NCBI GenBank assembly: GCA_964016885.1
Contig: OZ024744.1
Coordinates: forward strand, 11,470,001 to 11,534,000
Direction: 5' to 3'
From: Eledone cirrhosa
Taxonomy: Eukaryota
Length of the DNA: 64,000 bases
The position numbers were made by a program, and so were the translations under genes. The number at the start of each line of letters is the position of its first letter. The first letter of the stretch is position 1. The notes under the pieces were generated by a model. That model was not told the origin of the DNA. It searched no databases and was given only the letters and a program-made list of their open reading frames with translations. This document shows, in pieces, positions 42,201 to 57,200 of this stretch.

Positions 42201-45200
42201 CCAATATGTCGTGTTGTTGTACTCCAATATATCATGTAGTTGTACTCCAATATTTCGTGTTGTTGTACCCCAATATGTAGTGTTGTTTATACTCCAATAT
42301 GTTTTGCTGTTGTACTCCAATATGTTGTGTTGTTGTACTCCAATCTGTTTTGTTGTTATACTCCAATATGTTGTGTTGTTATACTCCAATATGTTGTGTT
42401 GTTTTACTCCAATATGTTGTGTTGTTGTACTCCAATATGTTGTGTTGTTGTACTCCAATATGTTGTGTTGTTGTAATCCAATATCTTGTGTTGTTATACT
42501 CCAATATGTTGTGTTGTTGTACTCCAATATGTTGTGTTGTTGTACTCCAATGTGTTATGTTGTTATACTCCAATATGTTGTGCTGTGCTACTCCAATATA
42601 GTGTGTTGTTGTACTCCAATGTGTTGTGTTGTTATACTCCAATATGTTGTGTTGATTTACTCCAATATGTTGTGTTGTTGTACTCCAATCTGTTGTGTTG
42701 TTATACTCCAATATGTTGTGTTGTTATACTCCAATATGTTGTGTTGTTTTACTCCAATATGTTGTGTTGTTGTACTCCAATATGTCATGTTGCTGTACTC
42801 CAACATGTCGTGTTGTAGTACTCCAATATGTTTTGATGTTGTACTCCAATATGTTGTGTTGTTGTACTCCAATATGTTGTGTTGTTGTACTCCAATATGT
42901 TGTGTTGTTGTACTCCAATATGTTGTGTTGTTATACTCCAATATGTTGTGCTGTTGTACTCCAATATGTCATGTTGTTGTACTCCAATATTTCGTGTTGT
43001 TCTACTCCAATATTTCGTGTTGTTGTACTCCAATATGTCGTGGTGTTGTACTCCAATATGTTTTGATGTTGTACTCCAATATGTCGTGTTGTTGTACTCC
43101 AATATGTTGTGTTGTTGTACTCCAATATGCTGTGTTGTTATACTCCTATATGTTGTGCTGTTGTACTTCAATATGTTGTGTTCTACTCCAATATGTTGTG
43201 TTGTTATACTCCAATATGTTGTGTTGTTGTACTCCAATATGTTGTGTTGTTGTACTCCAATATGTGATGTTGTTGTACTCCAATATGTCGTATTGTTGTA
43301 CTCCAATATATTGTGTTGTTATACTCCAATATTTCGTGTTGTTTTAGTCCAATATGTCATGTTGTTTTACTCCAATATTTCGTGTTGTTGTACTCCAATA
43401 TGTCATGGTGTTGTACTTCAATATGTCGTATTGTTGTACTCCAATATGTTGTGTTGTTGTTCTCCAATATGTCGTGTTGTTATACTCCAATATGTTATGA
43501 TGTTGTACTCCAATATATTGTGTTGTTGTACTCCAATATGTTGTGTTGCTATACTCCAATATGTTGTGTCGTTGTACTCCAATATGTTGTGTTGTTGTAC
43601 TCCAATATGTTGTGTTGTTGTACTCCAATATGTTGTTGTACTCCAATATGCCATGTTGTTATACTCCAATATGTCGTGGTGTTGTACTCCAATATGTCAT
43701 GTTGTTGTACTCCAATATTTCGTGTTGTTGTACTCCAATATGTCATAAGGGTTGTACTCCAATATGGTGTGTTGTTGTACTCCAATATGCTGTGTTGCTG
43801 TACTCCAATAGGTTGTGTTGTTGTACTCCAATATGCTGTGTTGGCTGTGCTCCAATACGTTGTGTTGTTGTACTCCAATATGTTGTGCTGCTGTACTCCA
43901 ATATGTTGTGTTGTTGTACTCCAATATGTTGTGTTGTTGTACTCCAATATGTTGTGTTGTTGTACTCCAATCTATATCGCTGTTGTACTCCAATATGTTG
44001 TGTTGTTGTACTCCAATATGTTGTGCTGTTGTACTCCAATATGTTGTGCTGTTGTACTCCAATATTTTGTGTTGTTATACTCCAATATATTGTGTTGTTA
44101 TACTCCAATATGTTGTGTTGTTGTACTCCAAAATATTGTGTTGTTATACTCCAATATGTTGTGTTGTTATACTCCAATATGTTGTGCTGTTATACTCCAA
44201 TATGTTGTGTTGTTGTACTCCAATATGTTGTATTGTTGTTCTCCAATATGTCATGTTATACTCCAATAAGTTGTGTTCTTGTACTCCAATATGTTGTGTT
44301 GTTGTACTCCAATATATCATGTTGTCGTACTCCAATATGTCATGTTATACTCCAATATGTCATTGTTGTACTCCAATATGTCGTGTTGTTGTACTCCAAT
44401 ATGTCGTGCTGTTGTACTCCAATATGCTGTGTTGTTATACTCCAATATGTTGTGTTGTTGTACTCCAATATGTTGTGTTGTTATACTCCAATATGTTGTG
44501 TTGTTGTACTCCAATATGTCATGTTGTTATACTCCAATATGTTGCGTTGTTGTACTCCAATATATCATGTTGTCGTACTCCAATATGTTTTGATGTTGTA
44601 CTCCAATATGTTGTGTTGTTGTACTCCAATATGTTGTGTAGTCGTACTCCAATATGTTGTGTTGTTGTACTCCAATATGCTGTGATGTTGTACTCCAATA
44701 TGATGTGCTGTTGTACTCCAATGCGTTGTGTTGTTGTACTCCAATATGCTGTGTTGTTATACTCCAATATGTTGTGTTGTTATACTCCAATCTGTTGTGT
44801 TGTTATACTCCAATATATTGTGTTGTTATACTCGAATATGTTGTGTTGTTTTACTCCAATATGTTGTGTTGTTGTACTCCAATATCTTGTATTGTTGTTC
44901 TCCAATATGTCATGTTATACTCCAATAAGTTGTGTTCTTGTACTCCAATATGTTGTGTTGTTGTACTCCAATATGTTGTGTTGTTGTACTCCAATATATC
45001 ATGTTGTCGTACTCCAATATGTCATGTTATACTCCAATGTGTCATTGTTGTACTCCAATATGTCGTGTTGTTGTACTCCAATATGTCGTGTTGTTGTACT
45101 CCAATATGTTGTGTTGTTGTACTCCAATATGTTGTGTTGTTGTACTCCAATATGTTGTGTTGTTATACTCCAATATGTTATGTTGTTGTACTCCAATATG

Positions 45201-48200
45201 TCATGTTGTTGTACTCCAATATGTTTTGATGTTGTACTCCAATATGTCGTGTTGTTATACTCCAATATGTTATAATGTTGTACTCCAATATATTGTGTTG
45301 TTGTACTCCAATATGTTGTGTTGCTGTACTCCAATATGTTGTGTCGTTGTACTCCAATACGTTGTGTTGTTGTACTCCAATATGTTGTGTTGTTGTACTC
45401 CAATATGTTGTTATACTCCAATATGTCATGTTGTCGTACTCCAATATTTCGTGTTGTTGTACTCCAATATGTCATGGTGTTGTACTCCAATATGTTGTGT
45501 TGTTGTACTCCAATATGTTGTGTTGTTGTACTCCAATATGTTGTGTTGTTGTACTCCAATATGTTGTGTTGTTGTACTCCAATATGTTGTGTTGTTGTAC
45601 TCCAATATGTTGTGTTGTTGTACTCCAATATGCCATGTTGTTATACTCCAATATGTGGTGGTGTTGTACTCCAATATGTCATGTTGTTGTACTCCAATAT
45701 TTCGTGTTGTTGTACTCCAATATGTCATAGGGGTTGTACTCCAATATGCTGTGTTGCTGTACTCCAATAGGTTGTGTTGTTGTACTCCAATATGTTGTGC
45801 TGCTGTACTCCAATATGTTGTGTTGTTGTACTCCAATATGTTGTGTTGTTGTACTCCAATATGTTGTGTTGTTGTACTCCAATCTATATCGCTGTTGTAC
45901 TCCAATATGTTGTGTTGTTGTACTCCAATATGTTGTGCTGTTGTACTCCAATATGTTGTGCTGTTGTACTCCAATATTTTGTGCTGTTATACTCCAATAT
46001 ATTGTGTTGTTATACTCCAATATGTTGTGTTGTTGTACTCCAAAATATTGTGTTGTTATACTCCAATATGTTGTGTTGTTATACTCCAATAAGTTGTGCT
46101 GTTATACTCCAATATGTTGTGTTGTTGTACTCCAATATGTTGTGCTGTTATACTCCAATATTTTGTGTTGTTATACTCCAATATGTTGTGTTGTTGTACT
46201 CCAATATGTTGTGCTGTTGTACTCCAATATGTTGTGCTGTTGTACTCCAATATTTTGTGTTGTTATACTCCAATATATTGTGTTGTTATACTCCAATATG
46301 TTGTGTTGTTGTACTCCAAAATATTGTGTTGTTATACTCCAATATGTTGTGTTGTTATACTCCAATATGTTGTGCTGTTATACTCCAATATGTTGTGTTG
46401 TTGTACTCCAATATGTTGTTTTGTTTTCTCCAATATGTCATGTTATACTCCAATAAGTTGTGTTCTTGTACTCCAATATGTTGTGTTGTTGTACTCCAAT
46501 ATATCATGTTGTCGTACTCCAATATGTCATGTTATACTCCAATATGTCATTGTTGTACTCCAATATGTCGTGTTGTTGTACTCCAATATGTCGTGCTGTT
46601 GTACTCCAATATGCTGTGTTGTTATACTCCAATATGTTGTGTTGTTGTACTCCAATATGTTGTGTTGTTATACTCCAATATGTTGTGTTGTTGTACTCCA
46701 ATATGTCATGTTGTTATACTCCAATATGTTGCGTTGTTGTACTCCAATATATCATGTTGTCGTACTCCAATATGTTTTGATGTTGTACTCCAATATGTTG
46801 TGTTGTTGTACTCCAATATGTTGTGTAGTCGTACTCCAATATGTTGTGTTGTTGTACTCCAATATGCTGTGATGTTGTACTCCAATATGATGTGCTGTTG
46901 TACTCCAATGCGTTGTGTTGTTGTACTCCAATATGCTGTGTTGTTATACTCCAATATGTTGTGTTGTTATACTCCAATCTGTTGTGTTGTTATACTCCAA
47001 TATATTGTGTTGTTATACTCCAATATGTTGTGTTGTTTTACTCCAATATGTTGTGTTGTTGTACTCCAATATCTTGTATTGTTGTTCTCCAATATGTCAT
47101 GTTATACTCCAATAAGTTGTGTTCTTGTACTCCAATATGTTGTGTTGTTGTACTCCAATATGTTGTGTTGTTGTACTCCAATATATCATGTTGTCGTACT
47201 CCAATATGTCATGTTATACTCCAATGTGTCATTGTTGTACTCCAATATGTCGTGTTGTTGTACTCCAATATGTCGTGTTGTTGTACTCCAATATGTTGTG
47301 TTGTTGTACTCCAATATGTTGTGTTGTTGTACTCCAATATGTTGTGTTGTTATACTCCAATATGTTATGTTGTTGTACTCCAATATGTCATGTTGTTGTA
47401 CTCCAATATGTTTTGATGTTGTACTCCAATATGTCGTGTTGTTATACTCCAATATGTTATGATGTTGTACTCCAATATATTGTGTTGTTGTACTCCAATA
47501 TGTTGTGTTGCTGTACTCCAATATGTTGTGTCGTTGTACTCCAATACGTTGTGTTGTTGTACTCCAATATGTTGTGTTGTTGTACTCCAATATGTTGTTA
47601 TACTCCAATATGTCATGTTGTCGTACTCCAATATTTCGTGTTGTTGTACTCCAATATGTCATGGTGTTGTACTCCAATATGTTGTGTTGTTGTACTCCAA
47701 TATGTTGTGTTGTTGTACTCCAATATGTTGTGTTGTTGTACTCCAATATGTTGTGTTGTTGTACTCCAATATGTTGTGTTGTTGTACTCCAATATGTTGT
47801 GTTGTTGTACTCCAATATGCCATGTTGTTATACTCCAATATGTGGTGGTGTTGTACTCCAATATGTCATGTTGTTGTACTCCAATATTTCGTGTTGTTGT
47901 ACTCCAATATGTCATAGGGGTTGTACTCCAATATGCTGTGTTGCTGTACTCCAATAGGTTGTGTTGTTGTACTCCAACATGTTGTGCTGCTGTACTCCAA
48001 TATGTTGTGTTGTTGTACTCCAATATGTTGTGTTGTTGTACTCCAATATGTTGTGTTGTTGTACTCCAATCTATATCGCTGTTGTACTCCAATATGTTGT
48101 GTTGTTGTACTCCAATATGTTGTGCTGTTGTACTCCAATATGTTGTGCTGTTGTACTCCAATATTTTGTGCTGTTATACTCCAATATATTGTGTTGTTAT

Positions 48201-51200
48201 ACTCCAATATGTTGTGTTGTTGTACTCCAAAATATTGTGTTGTTATACTCCAATATGTTGTGTTGTTATACTCCAATAAGTTGTGCTGTTATACTCCAAT
48301 ATGTTGTGTTGTTGTACTCCAATATGTTGTGCTGTTATACTCCAATATTTTGTGTTGTTATACTCCAATATGTGGTATTTTTGTACTCCAATATGTTGTG
48401 CTGTTGTACTCCAATATGTTGTGTTGTTATACTCCAACATGTTGTGTTGTTATACTCCAATATGTTGTGTTGTTATACTCGAATATGTTGTGTTGTTATA
48501 CTCGAATATCTTGTGTTGTTATACTCGAATATGTTGTGCTGTTGTACTCCAATATGTCGTGTTGTTGTACTCCAATATATCATGTAGTTGTACTCCAATA
48601 TTTCGTGTTGTTGTACCCCAATATGTAGTGTTGTTTATACTCCAATATGTTTTGCTGTTGTACTCCAATATGTTGTGTTGCTGTACTCCTATATGTTGTG
48701 TTGTTATTCTCCAATATGTTGTGCTGTTGTACTCCAATGTGTTGTGTTGTTATACTCCAATATGTTGTGTTGATTTACTCCAATATGTTGTGTTGTTGTA
48801 CTCCAATATGCTGTGTTGTTATACTCCAATGTGTTGTGTTGTTATACTCCAATATGTTGTGTTGTTGTAGTCCAATATGTTGTGTTGTCGTACTCCAATA
48901 TGTTGTGTTGTTATACTCCAATATTTCGTGTGGTTGTACTCCAATATGTCATGGTGTTGTACTTCAATATGTCGTGTTGTTGTACTCCAATATGTTGTCT
49001 TGCTGTACTCCAATATGTTGTGTTGTTGTACTCCAATATCTTGTGTTCTTATACTCCAATATGTTATGTTGTTATACTCCAATATGTTGTGTTGTTGTAC
49101 TCCAATATGTTGTGCTGTTTTACTCCAATATGTTGTGTTGTTGTACTCCAATATGTTGTATTGTTTTTCTCCAATATGTCATGTTATACTCCAATAAGTT
49201 GTGTTCTTGTACTCCAATATGTTGTGTAGTTGTACTCCAATATATCATGTTGTCGTACTCCAATATGTCATGTTTTACTCCAATATGTCATTGTTGTACT
49301 CCAATATGTCGTGTTGTTGTACTCCAATATGTCGTGTTGTTGTACTCCAATATGTTGTGTTGTTGTACTCCAATATGTTGTGTTGTTGTACTCCAATATG
49401 TTGTGTTGTTATACTCCAATATGTTATGTTGTTGTACTCCAATATGTCATGTTGTTGTACTCCAATATGTTTTGATGTTGTACTCCAATATGTTGTGTTG
49501 TTGTACTCCAATATGTTTTGATGTTGTAGTCCAATATGTTGTGTTGTTGTACTCCAATATGTTGTGTAGTCGTACTCCAATATGTTGTGTTGTTGTACTC
49601 CAATATGCTGTGATGTTGTACTCCAATATGACGTGCTGTTGTACTCCAATGCGTTGTGTTGTTGTACTCCAATATGCTGTGTTGTTATACTCCAATATGT
49701 TGTGTTGTTGTACTCCAATATGTTGTGTTGTTGTACTCCAATATGTTGTGTTGTTGTAATCCAATATCTTGTGTAGTTATACTCCAATATGTTGTGCTGT
49801 TGTACTCCAATATGTTGAGTTGTTATACTCCAATATGTAGTGTTGTTATACTCCAATATGTTGTGTTGTTGTACTCCAATCTGTTGCGTTATACTCCAAT
49901 ATGTTGTGTTGTTATACTCCAATATGTTGTGTTGTTATACTCCAATATGTTGTGTTGTTTTACTCCAATATGTTGTATTGTTGATCTCCAATATGTCATA
50001 TTATACTCCAATAAGTTGTGTTCTTGTACTCCAATATGTGTTGTTGTTGTACTCCAATATGTTGCGTTGTTGTACTCCAATATATCATGTTGTCGTACTC
50101 CAATATGTCATGTTATACTCCAATATGTTTTGATGCCGTACTCCAATATGTTGTGTTGTTGTACTACAATATGTTGTGTTGTTGTACTCCAATATGTTGT
50201 GTTGTTATACTCCAATATGTTGTGCTGTTGTACTCCAATATGTTGTGTTGTTATACTCCAATATGTAGTGTTGTTATACTCCAATATGTTGTGTTGTTGT
50301 ACTCCAATCTGTTGTGTTGTTATACTCCAATATATTGTGTTGTTATACTCCAATATGTTGTGTTGTTTTACTCCAATATGTTGTGTTGTTGTACTCCAAT
50401 ATGTTGTATTGTTGTTCTCCAATATGTCATGTTATACTCCAATAAGTTGTGTTCTTGTACTCCAATATGTTGTGTTGTTGTACTCCAATATGTTGTGTTG
50501 TTGTACTCCAATATATCATGTTGTCGTACTCCAATATGTCATGTTATACTCCAATATGTCGTTGTTATACTCCAATATGTCATGATGTTGTACTCCAATA
50601 TGTCGTGTTCTTGTACTCCAATATGTCGTGTTGTCGTACTCCAATATGTTGTGTTGTTGTACTCCAATATGTTGTGCTGTTGTACTCCAATATGTTTGTT
50701 GTTGTACTCCAATATGTTGTGTTGTTATACTCCAATATGTTGTGTTGTTGTACTCCAATATTTCGTGTTGTTGTACTCCAATACGTCGTGTTGTATTCCA
50801 ATATGTTGTGTTGTTATACTCCAATATGTTATGTTGTTGTACTCCAATGTGTCTTGTTGTTGTACTCCAATATGTTTTGATGTTGTACTCCAATATGTTG
50901 TGTTGTTGTACTCCAATATGTTTTGATGTTGTACTCCAATATGTTGTGTTGTTGTACTCCAATATGTTGTGTAGTCGTATTCCAATATGTTGTGTTGTTG
51001 TACTCTAACATGTTTTGTTGTTATTCTCCAATATGTTGTGATGTTGTACTCCAATGTGTTGTGTTGTTGTACTCCAATGTGATGTGTTGTTGTACTCCAA
51101 TATGTTGTGCTGTTGTACTCCAATATTTTTTGTTTTTTGTACTCCAAAATGTTGTGTTGTTATACTCCAATATGTTGTGTTGTTATACTCCAATATGGTG

Positions 51201-54200
51201 TGTTGTTGTACTCCAATATGTTGTATTGTTTTCTCCAATATGTCATGTTATACTCCAATATGGTGTGTTCGTGTACTCCAATATGTTGTGTTATTGTACT
51301 CCAATATGTTGCGTTGTTGTACTCCAATATGTTGTGTTGTTATACTCCAATATGTCGTGTGGCTGTACTCCAATATGTCATGTTGTTGTACTCCAATATG
51401 TCTTGTTATAGTCCAATATGTCGTGTTGTTGTACTCCAATATATCATGTAGTTGTACTCCAATATTTCGTGTTGTTGTACCCCAATATGTAGTGGTGTTT
51501 ATACTCCAATATATTTTGCTGTTGTACTCCAATATGTTGTGTTGCTGTACTCCTATATGTTGTGTTGTTATTCTCCAATATGTTGTGCTGTTGTACTCCA
51601 ATGTGTTGTGTTGTTATACTCCAATGTGTTGTGTTGTTATACTCCAATATGTTGTGTTGTTGTAGTCCAATATGTTGTGTTGTCGTACTCCAATATGTTG
51701 TGTTGTTATACTCCAATATTTCGTGTGGTTGTACTCCAGTATGTCATGGTGTTGTACTTCAATATGTCGTGTTGTTGTACTCCAATATGTTGTCTTGTTG
51801 TACTCCAATCTGTTGTATTGTTGTACTTCAATATGTTCTGTTGTTGTACTCCAATATATTGTGTTGTTGTACTCCAATATGTTGTGTTATTGTACTCCAA
51901 TATGCTGTGTTGTTGTACTCCAATATGTTGTGTTGTTGTACTCCAATATGTTGTGTTGTTGTACTCCAATATGTTGTGTTCTTATACTCCAATATGTTGT
52001 GTTGTTATACTCCAATATGTTGTGTTGTTGTACTCCAATATGTTGTGATGTTGTACTCCAATATGATGTGCTGTTATACTCCAATATGTTGTGTTGTTGT
52101 ACTCCAATGTGTTGTGTTGTTGTACTCCAATATGTTGTGCCGTTGTACTCCAATATTTTTTTGTTTTTGTACTCCAAAATGTTGTGTTGTTATACTCCAA
52201 TATGTTGTGTTGGTGTACTCCAATATGGTGTGCTGTTGTACTCCAAATCTCGTGTTGTTATACTCCAATGTGTTGTGTTGTTATACTCCAATATGGTGTG
52301 TTGTTGAACTCCAATATGTTGTATTGTTTTTCTCCAATATGTCATGTTATACTCCAATATGTCGTGTTGCTGTACTCCAATATGTCATGCTGTTGTACTC
52401 CAATATGTTTTGCTGTTGTACTCCACCGTGTTGTGTTGTTGAACTCCAATACGTTGTGTTGTTGTTCTCCAATATTTTGTGCTGTTGTACTCCAATTTGT
52501 GTTGTTGTACTCCAATATGTTGTGTTGTTGTACTCCAATATGTTGTGTTGTTGTACTCCAATATGTTGTGTTGTTATACTCCAATATGTTGTGCTGTTGT
52601 ACTCCAATATTTCGTGTTGTTGTACTCCAATACGTCGTGTTGTTGTACTCCAATATGTTTTGATGTTGTACTCAAATATGTTGTGTTGTTGTACTCCAAT
52701 ATGTTTTGATGTTGTACTCCAATATGTTGTGTTGTTGTACTCCAATATGATGTGATGTTGTACTCCAATATGATGTGATGTTGTACTCCAATGCGTTGTG
52801 TTGTTGTACTCCAATGTGATGTGTTGTTGTACTCCAATATGTTGTGCCATTGTACTCCAATATTTTTTATATTTGTACTCCAATATGTTGTGTTGTTATA
52901 CTCCAATATGTTGTGCTGTTGTACTCCAAATCTCGTGTTGTTATACTCCAATGTGTTGTGTTGTTATACTCCAATATGGTGTGTTGTTGTAGTCCAATAT
53001 GTTGTATTGTTTTTTTCCAATATGTCATGTTATACTCCAATATGTTGTGTTCGTGTACTCCAATATGTTGTGTTATTGTACTCCAATATGTTGCGTTGTT
53101 GTACTCCAATATGTTGTGTTGTTATACTCCAATATGTTGTGTTGTTGTACTGCAATATGTTGTCTTGTTGTACTCCAAAAGGCCATGTTATCGTACTCCA
53201 ATATGTCTTGTTATACTCCAATATGTCGTGTGGCTGTACTCCAATATGTCATGTTGTTGTACTCCAATATGTCTTGTTATAGTCCAATATGTCGTGTTGT
53301 TGTACTCCAATATGTCATGTAGTTGTATTCCAATATTTCGTGTTGTTGTACCCCAATATGTCGTGTTGTTTATACTCCAATATGTTTTGCTGTTGTACTC
53401 CAATATGTTGTGTTGCTGTATTCCAATATGTTGTGTTGTTATTCTCCAATATGTTGTGCTGTTGTACTCCAATGTGTTATGTTGTTATACTCCAATATGT
53501 TGTGCTGTGCTACTCCAATATATTGTGTTGTTGTACTCCAATGTGTTGTGTTGTTATACTCCAATATGTTGTGTTGATTTACTCCAATATGTTGTGTTGT
53601 TGTACTCCAATGTGATGTGTTGCTGTACTCCAATATGTTGTGCTGTTGTACTCCAATATTTTTTGTTTTTTGTACTCCAATATGTTGTGTTGTTATACTC
53701 CAATATGTTGTGTTGTTATACTCCAATATGGTGTGTTGTTGTACTCCAATATGTTGTATTGTTTTCTCCAATATGTCATGTTATACTCCAATATGGTGTG
53801 TTCGTGTACTCCAATATGTTGTGTTATTGTACTCCAATATGTTGCGTTGTTGTACTCCAATATGTTGTGTTGTTATACTCCAATATGTCGTGTGGCTGTA
53901 CTCCAATATGTCATGTTGTTGTACTCCAATATGTCTTGTTATAGTCCAATATGTCGTGTTGTTGTACTCCAATATATCATGTAGTTGTACTCCAATATTT
54001 CGTGTTGTTGTACCCCAATATGTAGTGTTGTTTATACTCCAATATGTTTTGCTGTTGTACTCCAATATGTTGTGTTGTTGTACTCCAATCTGTTTTGTTG
54101 TTATACTCCAATATGTTGTGTTGTTATACTCCAATATGTTGTGTTGTTTTACTCCAATATGTTGTGTTGTTGTACTCCAATATGTTGTGTTGTTGTACTC

Positions 54201-57200
54201 CAATATGTTGTGTTGTTGTAATCCAATATCTTGTGTTGTTATACTCCAATATGTTGTGTTGTTGTACTCCAATATGTTGTGTTGTTGTACTCCAATGTGT
54301 TATGTTGTTATACTCCAATATGTTGTGCTGTGCTACTCCAATATAGTGTGTTGTTGTACTCCAATGTGTTGTGTTGTTATACTCCAATATGTTGTGTTGA
54401 TTTACTCCAATATGTTGTGTTGTTGTACTCCAATCTGTTGTGTTGTTATACTCCAATATGTTGTGTTGTTATACTCCAATATGTTGTGTTGTTTTACTCC
54501 AATATGTTGTGTTGTTGTACTCCAATATGTCATGTTGCTGTACTCCAACATGTCGTGTTGTAGTACTCCAATATGTTTTGATGTTGTACTCCAATATGTT
54601 GTGTTGTTGTACTCCAATATGTTGTGTTGTTGTACTCCAATATGTTGTGTTGTTGTACTCCAATATGTTGTGTTGTTATACTCCAATATGTTGTGCTGTT
54701 GTACTCCAATATGTCATGTTGTTGTACTCCAATATTTCGTGTTGTTCTACTCCAATATTTCGTGTTGTTGTACTCCAATATGTCGTGGTGTTGTACTCCA
54801 ATATGTTTTGATGTTGTACTCCAATATGTCGTGTTGTTGTACTCCAATATGTTGTGTTGTTGTACTCCAATATGCTGTGTTGTTATACTCCTATATGTTG
54901 TGCTGTTGTACTTCAATATGTTGTGTTCTACTCCAATATGTTGTGTTGTTATACTCCAATATGTTGTGTTGTTGTACTCCAATATGTTGTGTTGTTGTAC
55001 TCCAATATGTGATGTTGTTGTACTCCAATATGTCGTATTGTTGTACTCCAATATATTGTGTTGTTATACTCCAATATTTCGTGTTGTTTTAGTCCAATAT
55101 GTCATGTTGTTTTACTCCAATATTTCGTGTTGTTGTACTCCAATATGTCATGGTGTTGTACTTCAATATGTCGTATTGTTGTACTCCAATATGTTGTGTT
55201 GTTGTTCTCCAATATGTCGTGTTGTTATACTCCAATATGTTATGATGTTGTACTCCAATATATTGTGTTGTTGTACTCCAATATGTTGTGTTGCTATACT
55301 CCAATATGTTGTGTCGTTGTACTCCAATATGTTGTGTTGTTGTACTCCAATATGTTGTGTTGTTGTACTCCAATATGTTGTTGTACTCCAATATGCCATG
55401 TTGTTATACTCCAATATGTCGTGGTGTTGTACTCCAATATGTCATGTTGTTGTACTCCAATATTTCGTGTTGTTGTACTCCAATATGTCATAAGGGTTGT
55501 ACTCCAATATGGTGTGTTGTTGTACTCCAATATGCTGTGTTGCTGTACTCCAATAGGTTGTGTTGTTGTACTCCAATATGCTGTGTTGGCTGTGCTCCAA
55601 TACGTTGTGTTGTTGTACTCCAATATGTTGTGCTGCTGTACTCCAATATGTTGTGTTGTTGTACTCCAATATGTTGTGTTGTTGTACTCCAATATGTTGT
55701 GTTGTTGTACTCCAATCTATATCGCTGTTGTACTCCAATATGTTGTGTTGTTGTACTCCAATATGTTGTGCTGTTGTACTCCAATATGTTGTGCTGTTGT
55801 ACTCCAATATTTTGTGTTGTTATACTCCAATATATTGTGTTGTTATACTCCAATATGTTGTGTTGTTGTACTCCAAAATATTGTGTTGTTATACTCCAAT
55901 ATGTTGTGTTGTTATACTCCAATATGTTGTGCTGTTATACTCCAATATGTTGTGTTGTTGTACTCCAATATGTTGTATTGTTGTTCTCCAATATGTCATG
56001 TTATACTCCAATAAGTTGTGTTCTTGTACTCCAATATGTTGTGTTGTTGTACTCCAATATATCATGTTGTCGTACTCCAATATGTCATGTTATACTCCAA
56101 TATGTCATTGTTGTACTCCAATATGTCGTGTTGTTGTACTCCAATATGTCGTGCTGTTGTACTCCAATATGCTGTGTTGTTATACTCCAATATGTTGTGT
56201 TGTTGTACTCCAATATGTTGTGTTGTTATACTCCAATATGTTGTGTTGTTGTACTCCAATATGTCATGTTGTTATACTCCAATATGTTGCGTTGTTGTAC
56301 TCCAATATATCATGTTGTCGTACTCCAATATGTTTTGATGTTGTACTCCAATATGTTGTGTTGTTGTACTCCAATATGTTGTGTAGTCGTACTCCAATAT
56401 GTTGTGTTGTTGTACTCCAATATGCTGTGATGTTGTACTCCAATATGATGTGCTGTTGTACTCCAATGCGTTGTGTTGTTGTACTCCAATATGCTGTGTT
56501 GTTATACTCCAATATGTTGTGTTGTTATACTCCAATCTGTTGTGTTGTTATACTCCAATATATTGTGTTGTTATACTCCAATATGTTGTGTTGTTTTACT
56601 CCAATATGTTGTGTTGTTGTACTCCAATATCTTGTATTGTTGTTCTCCAATATGTCATGTTATACTCCAATAAGTTGTGTTCTTGTACTCCAATATGTTG
56701 TGTTGTTGTACTCCAATATGTTGTGTTGTTGTACTCCAATATATCATGTTGTCGTACTCCAATATGTCATGTTATACTCCAATGTGTCATTGTTGTACTC
56801 CAATATGTCGTGTTGTTGTACTCCAATATGTCGTGTTGTTGTACTCCAATATGTTGTGTTGTTGTACTCCAATATGTTGTGTTGTTGTACTCCAATATGT
56901 TGTGTTGTTATACTCCAATATGTTATGTTGTTGTACTCCAATATGTCATGTTGTTGTACTCCAATATGTTTTGATGTTGTACTCCAATATGTCGTGTTGT
57001 TATACTCCAATATGTTATAATGTTGTACTCCAATATATTGTGTTGTTGTACTCCAATATGTTGTGTTGCTGTACTCCAATATGTTGTGTCGTTGTACTCC
57101 AATACGTTGTGTTGTTGTACTCCAATATGTTGTGTTGTTGTACTCCAATATGTTGTTATACTCCAATATGTCATGTTGTCGTACTCCAATATTTCGTGTT

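Larger units (their letters stand above)
11823..45522. repeat. Tandem segmental duplication of 16,850 bp (11823-28672 and 28673-45522)
   Basis: The ORF offset is a constant 16850 from 11979/28829 through 28468/45318. Shared variants include TGTTATGCTC (12301/29151), ATGTGGTGTT (14621/31471), GTTGAACTCC (~17506/~34356) and TATAATG (28421/45271). Confidence 0.92.
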
